Assembly: GCA_964016885.1 (NCBI GenBank)
Contig: CAXHJY010001155.1
Coordinates: 62,001-126,000, forward strand
Length of the DNA stretch: 64,000 nt
Source of the DNA: Eledone cirrhosa
Taxonomy: Eukaryota
Direction: 5' to 3'
The position numbers were made by a program, and so were the translations under genes. The notes under the pieces are model-generated. The model saw nothing but the letters and a program-made list of their open reading frames with translations. It was not told the DNA's origin and did not search any database. Below, piece after piece: positions 52,388 to 64,000 of this stretch; positions within the stretch are counted from its first letter, which is position 1; every line of letters begins with the position of its first letter.

Positions 52388-52849
52388 CATACTCGATAAC
52401 GAGGGGGCAGCTATCATATATATATCTATACAATTAAAATGCTGAAATGTGGAAGGTAGACCCCCTGGTCTCTCAGAGTGGTCAGTAGATGTAATTAAAT
52501 ACTGATTTTGTCCATGCCACCATGGATAAACAGACATTAAATAATTATGAGGATGATAAGACAGACGTTTGCAGTTTCTGAATCCCAAATTCCACTCACA
52601 AGACATTTGGGAACATTTGTCAAAGCATTTGCCCCAGGTGCTGCACAGTGTGAGGGAAACACAACACCATGTGGTTGTAAATTAAACTCCTTAAACACAC
52701 AACTATGCAACACAGTATTAGCAACAATTTTATTGGTAAGATAAAGAAGAAGTAGAAAGTGTTAAGACTATTGTGTTTCAAGAATTGGTTATACAATGCT
52801 GTTGATGATTTCTTAAATAAATAATGATGAAGATTACACTGTCATTGTT

Positions 52850-53190
52850 GATAAACAGATGGTGATAGCGATGACATTGATGGTGATGATGACATTAATG
52901 ATGATAGTGATGACATTGGTGATGATGATAGTGGTGATAGTGATGATGGTGATAATTATGATAATAATGATGATGATGAAGATGATGAAGATGGCACTGG
53001 TGATAATGATGATGATAGTAATGAAGAAGATAATGTTACTGGTGATGATCATGTTATTGATGATGACTATCAGTATGTGTCATGATTATGATGATGATAA
53101 TGGTGGTATGATGATAGCATGATGATGATAAGTAAGATGATAGCAATGATCATGATAATGATTATACTAATGATGGTGGTGATGATTGTA
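52850..53190. repeat. Degenerate (GAT)n tract
   Basis: Direct inspection. Confidence 0.9.
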
Positions 53191-53394
53191 ACAGTGAGGA
53201 TTGTGTTTCCAACTATGAAATACTAAATAGCACAACTCTAATTCTATAGCAGGATAAAAGAGGATAAAAGAAAAACTGCCAAACTGTAAAAATAATTTTA
53301 GTCTAAAACATGCAAACTCATTGAAAATAATTTAATTCCATTGTTTTTCCTGTTTAAAAGGTTTCCATAACCTTTATTTCATATGACGATATTG

Positions 53395-53695
53395 CCACAC
53401 ATACACACACAGGCGCACATAAAAACATCTACCTACAGACACACACGCAAGTACGCACAAACACAAACCCACACACACACCAGCATGCACAAACACAAAC
53501 ACACATACAAAAACATACCCACACACAAAGACAAACAGCCACTCACACAAACACGCATCCACACACACATACATACACCCACATGCATACACCAGAAACA
53601 CACGCACACATTCACAAACACACACACACATTCACAAACACACACTCACAAACACATGCACACACTTACAAACACCTACGCGCACACACATAACA
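53395..53695. repeat. Degenerate (CA)n tract
   Basis: Direct inspection. Confidence 0.9.
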
Positions 53696-53819
53696 GGATT
53701 CCAAAAGAAAGAAATCTAGGGAAGAACAGACACAGAAATAACACCAAATCCATGAGAGAGATGTGAATGCTTTATTTTCATAAAAGTCATTTATTTTTAA
53801 AGACAATAGATGTCCTTAT

Positions 53820-55130
53820 AAAGACAAGAACAACAACAATGGAACAACACAATCACAACAACAATGGAAGAACAACATCACAACACCACCTACAACAACA
53901 ATGACAACAACAACACCATCACAAGAACATGACAACCCCACCATCACAACAACGCCACCATCACAACAACATCACAACAACAAAACAACAACGATAACAC
54001 CAACACCATCACAACAACATCACAACCACACCATCACAACATAACACCACCTTCACAACAACATCACAACAACAACACAACAACAACAACACCATCACAA
54101 CAACAACACCTACAACAACAATGACAACAACAACACCGACAATGACAGAATAATAATAACACCACCACCACCACCAACAACATCACAACAACAACATCAC
54201 AACAACAGCACAACAAATACAGAATAATAACAACACCGACACATACAATGCTACAATACCAATACACCCACAATAATAACAACAACAACGTGATACAAAC
54301 ACCATCACACCAACAACAATAACAACATAACAATATAAACACAACAATACTGACACACAAATGACTTAATAGCAACATGATGACAACACTGACAACAACA
54401 ATGCAACAATACTGACACACTAACAACAATAACAACACCACTGATACAACAACAGCAATACTGACACAACAACAACAATATTGACAATATCGATATCAAC
54501 ATTGACAATATCGACAACAACAACATCGACAACATGGACAACAACATTGACAACATCGACAACAACATTGACAACAACATTGACAACATCGACAACAACA
54601 TTGACAACATCGACAACAACATTGACAACATCAACATCATCGACAGCAACGTTGACAACATCGACAGCAACATTGACAACATCAACAACAATATTGACAA
54701 TATTGACAACAACATTGACAATATCGACAACAACATTGACAATATCGACAACAACATTGACAACAACATTGCCAACAACAACATTGACAACATCGACAAC
54801 AACATTGACAACATTGACAACAACAACATCGACAACAACATTGACAACATTGACAACAACAACATTGACAATATCGACAACAACAACATTGACAATATCG
54901 ACAACATTGACAATATCAACAACATTGACAACATTGACAACAACAATACCGAGACACCGACATTAACAGAACGACAGCAACACCAATAATAACACTGACA
55001 CAACGGCAATACCGACATGACAATAACAACTTCCACATAACAACCTCAACGTAATAAGAGCATCAACAATAACACAAAAAAAAACATAATACCAACATGA
55101 CAATAACAACAATAACAACATCTCTATGCA
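53820..55130. repeat. (CAA)-rich tract with a GACAAC(AAC)AT(T/C) 9/12-bp core at ~54480-54945
   Basis: Direct inspection. Confidence 0.9.
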
Positions 55131-55990
55131 CTGATCAACAAACAAAAACATAAAAACTGGAATTTTAGCTTTCACTTTATCTGTCATGCTTTGCTAACTT
55201 CACTCACAAATATAAGTTATGGCGGCAAGTTATGCAACACAATGTATAATATACACTTCTCTCTTCTCCTCTGGCACCATTTTTAATGATTCATAACACC
55301 TCACTATATTTCTCTTAACTCTCTCTCTCTCTGAGACAGGCTACCATATAGTATATGAAAGTATATACTATATAGTAGCCTTGCTATCGAAGAAAAAATA
55401 ATAGTATATAGTATATGTGTAGTGAGACTACCATAGAGTATATACTTTCATATGTACCTGATTTACACTTAAACACTGCCTTAGTGCTAAAGCTAATATA
55501 TATATAATTCCACACACTCACATATATATATATATATATATGTATAACTTGGTTGTGTTTAAGAAGCCACTACAATGCAGATGGAGTTGTAAATATTCAG
55601 GCAACAAATTTGGCTGAAGAAATGGAGGTGAGGTTGAGTGGAGAAGATGAAGAGAAAGGAAAATGAAAAATCAGAGAAATATTTATTGGTCTCTAGATTT
55701 TGATGTACTATTCATTGGCAAGGGGGTCCAAAGAAAACTTTGGCAAATGTCAGAAAGAGCCTTTCTGTGCATATGAATGACTTGTGTTTGAGTTAGATCC
55801 TCTCTGACATTCTCTAACAAGTTTGGGCACATAAGCCCCTGGAAATAGATATGTGGACAGCATTTCCGTAGTTTATAGATTCCATACACTGGTCATTTCC
55901 CTGTTTATTAATAGCACACACTCTCTCCCTCTAGTGTGTTATCCTTTATACATACATATATATACTTACACCCACACACACACATACAGC

Positions 55991-56040
<50 letters not shown>

Positions 56041-56604
56041 TATATATATAGTTAACCAAAGATAAGAGAATACTGTGTTGCCTTGGTCTGTGATAATGCA
56101 AAGAAACAAGTGGGTAAAATATGAACTGGCAGGATAATACAGGAACAGGCAAAAACAAAGCTAGAGAATGTGACAAACATAAAGAATAAAAAGAAAATTT
56201 TGATCTTCAGTCGACGCCTATAAACTCATCGCTTTTCGGTAGGCAAATAGTCAGGAAACCATATCTACCACAACATGTCTAAATTAGGAAAGTGTCATTC
56301 AAGAGTGATGGACATGAGCGACAGCATACACGTTTGAATGGTGCACAGACAGATAAGCACAAACACAAAAATTGTAAATAAATAATGGACAGGCAAAGAC
56401 AATAGGTTTGAGATACGAGGATCAGACACCCATTGTTCAGCTCCTAAAGGACAAGTACAAAATTCATAGAAAAACAGAGAATATAAAAAGGAGAGCCACA
56501 CTCATACAGTCACACATCTGTCCCAGTCCCAAAGCATGGCGGCAAGAGAAAATGGAGGGGAAGAATAAATATAAATATATATATATATAAATATATATAA
56601 ATAT

Positions 56605-56664
<60 letters not shown>

Positions 56665-57214
56665 CATAATATAATAAAGGGAGGAGTGCGGAAGTGTGTC
56701 CTGAATAGATGTTGTTATCCCATTAGTAAAATAAGTTGGATTACTTTGAATAAATAATGAATGAATATTACATAATTTATGTACTAAATTTTGTAGCTGT
56801 TGATTAAACATAAATATTCTTATATATAATGATTGCTTATTTTAAGAGTCACTTCTTTTAAAATTTTCAAGTGTCAATACTTCCGGTTATAATATAACGT
56901 ATGCTCTATCATATCGCTTATAGAAAGGTTCATATATTTGCATCATAATGTTTATATTTAGGTCGCTAATTTTCTCCTTCATAGTTCATTACATTTCACC
57001 GTAATGCAGTTTATATGTAATATCGTCTTTTTTAAATGTATCGTGGATTACTTTACTGATTACAGAAGAGAGTGTAACACAGTCTCTCTTCAATTTCTGT
57101 GCATATTCTCAATTACAATTTTATTTGATGTATTATATCTACATGCATAAACATTTGCATATAATATCAATATGCACACTACACATGCTAGCAGAAAACT
57201 ACCCGAAGGGTAGT

Positions 57215-57395
57215 GCCGTAACTCTATGCTGCAAAACATGGCATCCGACAATCTACCAATCCACCACCATTATATATGAGTTCAAATCCCGCCGAGGTTA
57301 ACTTTGCCTTTCATCCTTACGGGATCGATAAAATAAAGTACCAGTAATACACTGAGATAATTGCTGGCCTTGTGCTAAAAAGTAGAAACAATTAT
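57215..57395 (+). mobile_element. SINE family A with inverted 5' part
   Basis: 57215-57270 is the reverse complement of the SINE head; 57277-57395 is the forward B-box, body and tail. Confidence 0.8.
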
Positions 57396-57689
57396 ATAAT
57401 AATAATATTGAAAGAAAGTCATTGGAAGAACCGATGTATCTCTGACTATTTTCTCACTCACTCAATGCTTTCATTAAGCTAGCATCATTAAGATACCAAT
57501 CAACAAGGAAAGCAGAATGCACACTAATACATTAAATAGTGAGAAAAATGATTTCATGTGGGTAGAGAATTTAATTCTCTAAGTATGACTTATTTCTCAA
57601 TGTGACCTATGGACAATTATATATCATATATATGCATACACTTACTGTTGGCAGGGAAATCAGTTCTGTAATAACAATTAGCATCTACT

Positions 57690-58225
57690 TGTACACCATT
57701 GTGCCTTGAGCAAGACACTTCATTTCACATAGCTCCAGTCCACTCGGTTAGTAAAAGTGAGCTGTATCTGTAATTTTAAGGGACATTGTTGTTGCACACT
57801 GCATCATGCTGAATCTCCCTGAGAACTGCGTTAATGATACATGTGTCAGTAGAATGCTAAGGTGCTTACACTATAATACAAGATAAAATGTATCTATGAT
57901 TCAAAGAGCCAGTGTCTCTGTGGAATACTCAGCCACTTGCATGTTAATTTCACAAGCAGGCTGTTCTTTTTTTCAAACAGCCGAAACACTCGTCCTCAGA
58001 ACCAACAGAGGGGCAACATACCCTTGTCTGTGGAATGCTCAGTCACTTGGAGATTCATTTCATGAGTAGTCTGAACAACTGGGGCACTCACCATCAGAAT
58101 CGACAGAGGTTCCACACACATGTTGCTGTAGAATGCTCAGCCACATGCTTATTAATTTCATGAGCTGGGTGTTCTAGTGTTCCAGGAACTGGAATACTCA
58201 TCGCTGGATGTGATGGATGTCCAAC
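57690..58225 (+). mobile_element. Old CORE-type SINE with tandemly reiterated ~100-bp 3' module
   Basis: CCTTGAGCAAGACACTT core, then TGT..GTGGAATGCTCAGCCAC-like blocks near 57842, 57912, 58025 and 58121. Confidence 0.6.
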
Positions 58226-59454
58226 ATATCACACCATATCACATCCTTCTATCTCTATATTTACATATTTCAACAACCCCCACCAAAACTCACAACACCT
58301 AGCATCAACCTATCTATATCAGTACTTCCATGTTTCAATATACCTTAGCATTCCCATCACTTAGCATCTAACTATCTAACCTGTACTTTCATGTCTCAAT
58401 ATATCCACACTGACAATCTAATTACCAAGTTACCACCACCATCACTAGCCTCTTCCTTTCCCCTCTATTATTTCAGTGGATCCCTGCAGGTTGAAGATTT
58501 AGTTAATCATCACAAACTGCTTTTGAGACCACAGGAATGGAAACAGTTCTTAGATAATAATGTTTTCTCCAGCAGCTATGATGCCTTGTTGTCATATAGG
58601 AGGCTGTTATATCACAGCAGTTGCAACCATGCATTGAAGCAATCATACCTTTACAGCCATCACTTACACCAACATTTACACTTGTCACGAAGAGAGGGAG
58701 GTGATTTGCAGAAGAATAAATAAAAAATAAATATAACATTATTACAGATGTATTCTACATAATCTTTTAGTCAACTCTACTATTACAATAATATGTGTAT
58801 AGCATTCTACATTTATAGCATCTTAGAATATATGTAAAAAAAAATACAAAGATACATATACACTGAGAGTACTATATATATATATTTATATACACACACA
58901 TATATATATACACACATACATACATACATAAATATATACAGGTATAGCTTTGTGGTGAAGGAGTTTGCTTTGCAATAACATGGTTCAATGTTCAGTCCCA
59001 CGGTGTGGCATCTTTGGTCAGTGTCATCCACAACTATAACATTGGGTTGACCAATTTATTGGGATATAATCAACTAAAAGCCTTGTTAGACTGTGCCCCA
59101 GCATGGCCTCAATCTATTGACTGAAACCATCTGAGTGTATGTCTTAGTTACTTTATCTATGCATCCATTTATTAGTCTATATGTCGCTCTCTATTTCCCT
59201 CTATCTGTTTGAATAGGTTAAATTCAACACTGTAATTAACATCGAGAAAATAAGAGTTAATAGTTAAGAAATTATGTATTTAAAAATTCAGAAATGAATA
59301 AAATTCAAGATATAACAATAATTATTATTGTAATAATTATAACAACAAACAGCATTGGATGATTGGGGTGTATTTGTATAGAAGAAGAAGACAAAGACGA
59401 TGAAGAAGAAGAAGGAGAAGGAGAAGAAGAACAACAACAATGCTTTATTATTGA

Positions 59455-59647
59455 TAATAATTGTTTCTACATTTGGCACAAGGCCAGCAATTACCCAGTG
59501 CATTACTGGTACTTTATTTTATCGACGCCGTAAGGATGAAAGGCAAAGTTAACCTCGACGGGATTTGAACTCAGACCTTAAAGGGGCGTAACTATGCTGG
59601 AAAGCATGGCGTCCGACCCTCTACCGATATTGCCAATCCACCGCCCT
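59455..59647 (-). mobile_element. SINE family A, full length
   Basis: Reverse complement of the 21121-21320 type. Confidence 0.9.
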
Positions 59648-60289
59648 AGTGTAGAGGCAGACCAAGAGAGAATTGGGCAGAGGTGGTGAGAGCTGACCTC
59701 AAATTGTTGAGACTCACAGAGGAGATGACGAAGGAATATGGTTTTTGAAGAGATACTCTGATGAGAAAAAAACCCTCCTACTCATGCAAGGACATAAAAA
59801 CAATGATAATGATAATATATATATATATACACACTGTAAATGTGGTTGGCATCTAGCTATAGAAACCAAGCCATAATCAGTTCTGTGTGAGCAAAACTCA
59901 GTCCTCCAACCTGGCTTGCCTCACAATGGGACAGCTCATCTAACCAATATTAGCATGGAAAATGGACGTTAAATGATAATGATGATGACACACACAGCAA
60001 AATCATCATTGTTATTTATCATTTGCTTTCTCTGCTAGCAAGTTGGTAATCATAGACCAAGTTAGTTCCTAACCCATGAACTGACCTCTTAGACTAGGGA
60101 CTGCTTCATACCCACATGTCCTCGCTTTATAGGGTGCACTAGGTGCATTTTATTATGGCACCATTACAAGGGAGGCTATCTTTGACAAAACTTGTGTTCT
60201 CTCAACCCTTTGTTTGGCAAGTTTTCTATGGATAGATGCCCTTCCTATACTTAAAAATACTTCTGACCCTGTGTCTAATTTAGAAACTA

Positions 60290-60516
60290 CTAGTAATGGT
60301 AGATTAGATTGGAAGAATTGTTAGAATCCAAGACAAATGCTTTGTCTTTCATCCTTGCAGGGTCGATAAAATAAAGCACCAGCAATGCACTGGGGTGGAT
60401 TTCATCGACTTCACCCCCCAAAATTGTTGGCCTTGTGCCTCAATCAGAAACCATTATTACTACTATCATAATTACTACTACTACTACTACTATTATTATT
60501 ATTATTATTATTATTA
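60290..60516 (+). mobile_element. SINE family A relic with (ACT/ATT)n tail
   Basis: TTTCATCCTTGCAGGGTCGATAAAATAAAGCACCAG..GGCCTTGTGCC. Confidence 0.65.
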
Positions 60517-61766
60517 TCAAAAAATGCAGCAGTCTGCTGCATATTTCTATCAAACGTAGCATGTGAATTTGACACTGAATAGATTTTAATTTCTATAAGA
60601 CAATTGTAAAAAAAAATTGAGGGTTATTTTTGCTTTTTTTCTGACATGATTAAAATAGATTTTCAGCACATGCGATAATTACTGTTGTTTCAAATGTGAA
60701 TAACTCAACAGCCAGCTATAATTTCAATCATCAACTGAAACTAATGCATATGATTGGTTGGCTACATTACAAGAGTAAATTGCTTAAGACTAACGCTGCA
60801 ACTAATTTACATAAAATAAACATTAATCAGATGTAATGTAGTTGAATTAAACTTTAGCAACAGCCAAAACAAAAAAAATTTAGTGGAGCAAATGCCATTT
60901 AACGCTAATTTGCATGGATACTAAAACACGATTCTTAAAATGGAACTTTCTAAATGAAGGTGAACAATATTTCTTTTATGTATTTCCATGTGACAGAATT
61001 AAGGGTAACCTGAAATCAATGGCTAAATTATAGTAGAGAGACACATTATTTCAGTGGCTAAACATTAGAAATGGACACGACTTTTCATTTCTGAAGAGAG
61101 AGGTTAATTTATTCCAAAGAATTCTATGTACATTTTTTCAACACAAAGGTTGTGAATAGCGATACGGTTCTCTTCACAACCAATGTTTTAACTTATCCAT
61201 TAATGAAACTATGAGACTACCGTGTGGACAGCTCGCTAAGTCAATAGATAGCTGGTATTTTAATATTTTTCATACCAACCTGTCTGAAAATGCCCATGGG
61301 TATATGATACAAAACTGTTTATTTTAAAGTGTTTATCATCATCATCGTCAATTAACATCTATCTTCCACACTAGCATGGGTTATATAAAAACCTTCCATC
61401 ATAATTTTATGCTTATTTAAAAACTCTCCTTATGTAAAAAGCTTTGTTAAGTTATGTTCCAAAAAAGAAAGTTATATTACTAAGTCACTTCAAGTTCTTG
61501 ATTATTTAAAAAATTATTTAAAAATCACAGGCAGTGTCTTTCATTTGAAATATGGTAATAAAAGGATTAAAGTTTATATTTACTTAAGAAACCTCTCATC
61601 ACAATTCTATGTAAGAACCTTTGTTAAGTTATGTTCCAAACAGCAGCTAAATAATGAGAAAGTTATCTTACTAAATCCTTCCAAATTCTTCATTATTTTC
61701 AAACTAATTTGAAAATTACAGGCTGTGTCTTTCATTAGAAATATAGGAAGAACAAGGTTTAGTGCA

Positions 61767-62040
61767 GCGATCCCCAAAGTGGTCGATATCAACCCCAAAT
61801 GGTTGCTGAGACTAGCCAAGGGGCTGATGGTAGTAGACAAGGAAATAAACTTTGGAGCTAAAACCTCACATCTGTATAAGAAATGAAAATAGATAACATA
61901 ATAAAATAAAACTTGTCTATTATATATTCTGTTTACTAACATATTCATTTACTTATTTTTATACATGCCTGGGGTCCATGAGGGAATCAAGGACACCATG
62001 AAGGGATTGAGGGTTTAAAAGCTTTCAACATCTAAGATTT
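61767..62040. mobile_element. Possible hAT/Charlie-type MITE relic
   Basis: Start CAGCGATCCCCAAAGTGG resembles Charlie-type termini; right end decayed. Confidence 0.35.
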
Positions 62041-64000
62041 AGTAGCTTTTATCCCATCATTAAAATATTAAGGTGATCCCTAGAAAAACAGTAGCTTTTT
62101 AATGGGTGTTTTTTTTTTAATCTAGGAAGGCACAGATGTATGCTTCAAAAGTTTATTACAAACATGCAGCTAAAGTTCAATCCCTTAACACTGCACATTC
62201 GATATATCCATTTATCTAATGAAAGAAACATCCTGTAATTATTAAACTGGTGTTCGGAATATAACTTAACGGTTCTTACATAGAATTATGATGAACTTAT
62301 CTTTATGATACTCCTCTACTGTTATTGCTCTCTCTCTCCTATTCTCTTGCTTTTCACAAATATTTATTGAACTTAAAAATGTTCATTTTAAATGACAAGA
62401 TTCCAAATACATGTTGACAACAATTGTTTACAAGTGGTATTTGATATATCAGTAATATTTGTTATTTGAGAATCAGTGTAGTTGAACATTGTATGTCTCA
62501 AAGACAGAAAATTGATAAAATAGATTAATAAAGGAATAATATTAATAATAATAATAAAAGAAGCACTACTTTATAAACCCACTTCTACACAAAATACTAA
62601 ACAGTCTATTGTTTCATTCACTTTAACATCATGAGAAACTGATATTATAGTGAGAAATATATGTGTGAGATAAGATAGTTTGATGGATAACGTGGTATAA
62701 TCATAATCATCATTTAACAACCATTCTCCTTGCTCCCAAAGGTTGGACATGACATCAGCCTCATCAGTATTCAAGCAGAGGCCATGACCTTCAGATGGGT
62801 ACCCAACATACAATTCAGCACTCTACTGATGGCATTTTATCATGGCACCAACACTGGAGAGGTACTCATATCTATAGCACAACTGAATAGTCCTTCTGAT
62901 TCTTTGTTTGAAAAGTTTTCTAAAGCTGGATGCTCTTCCAATCACTAACCACTTTACAGAGTGTACTGGTTGCATTTATCATGTAGATCACCAACACTAG
63001 AGAGGTTGCCAGTTATTGACTCAACTGAAGAGCCAACTCTATCCTACATATACGGTGGAGTATATGTCATGGGTAGGTACCAAGTGTGGAAGGATTTAAT
63101 AGGGTGATGGGTGGTGAATTGGAGAGGAAGGGGTGACCACTAGCAATATGGGGAGTTCTGTAGACTACAAAGTGGCTATGATTGGTGGGTTTTAAAGGAG
63201 GAGATCTAAACAGGTGGTAACCCTGGATATAGTGTAGGTGTTAAGATTTAGGAGGGGTGGAGGCGATCTTAGATAGAGTAGGGATGAGAGTGTACAGTGA
63301 TTTGTGAGTGGAGCAGAGCATGAAGGGGTAGGGCTGTAGTAACTGTGAGAGTAACTACTAAGGATTGGTTTTAAAGAGGGGTGAATACATGGGTCGGGTT
63401 AGGTCAGGTTAGGTCAAGTCAAGTGTTAAGTTGGTAGCTGAGTCTTCACCAGCACATGTCACCAATTCTACAGAAATAAGTGTCACAAGAAACTGAATAT
63501 TGTAGCAAAACTTTTGTGATATCAAGATTTTGATGGATATCATGATACAAGTTTACAGAAAAAATTACATTGGCATGGCTGTACTCAGGAGTCATATTAT
63601 ACATGGGGTTGTAATTCTCATGTTGTTTCTTAGTTTCAAAAACAGGGGCCCCATCTTATACATGAATCATATTATACACAAATAAATACAGTATATAATA
63701 TGATACAAACACAAATATATAACATATTGTACTTTAAAAATATCATTATATTAAAATGATTCAGTCATACTACAATTTATTCATTGTTTCTCAGAAACTA
63801 ACTTATGACAAACCTTCTTTGTTGCATTTTAATATTGAATACTTCATATAAATGTTTGATGCAAATCAATAAAACCTTTCATTGAATATTTCAAAAAAAC
63901 GTTTCTCGATAATATTATTCAGCTTTTAAAATTTTTCATAAATTATTTAGAAATATTGATGCCCTATTCAAGTCCAAAAAAAGAAAATAAATGTATGTAA

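Noticed and set aside
58470-58723. Possible host exon after a pyrimidine tract and CAG
   Set aside because: No recognisable domain or donor site; the minus strand looks more like a decayed LINE RT relic.

Overview
AT-rich eukaryotic, repeat-dominated intergenic/intronic DNA with no recognisable host gene. The SINE/LINE repertoire and long (TA)n/(TACA)n tracts are consistent with a cephalopod (Octopus-like) genome; this is an inference. Contents: Tx1-type LINE fragments; several RTE-clade LINE copies (two young families with a PHD-like finger inside the RT region); an R4/Dong relic; two Penelope-like element (PLE) ORF fragments; many PLE pseudo-LTR or retrozyme-like inserts with type I hammerhead ribozyme (HHR) motifs; a DD37D (maT) Tc1/mariner relic; two tRNA-derived SINE families; and a 48-bp minisatellite expanded from a LINE/SINE 3' module. 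Almost all young inserts sit inside (TA)n tracts. The most striking observation is at ~38298-38520: a PLE pseudo-LTR copy that differs from its two siblings in this window by dense, strand-specific A-to-G changes that destroy its hammerhead core. This is the pattern expected if an ADAR-hyperedited RNA was reverse-transcribed back into the genome, although a basecalling artefact must be excluded. Most ORFs in the track (YIYI..., HTHT...) are microsatellite artefacts. All alignments and counts are by eye.
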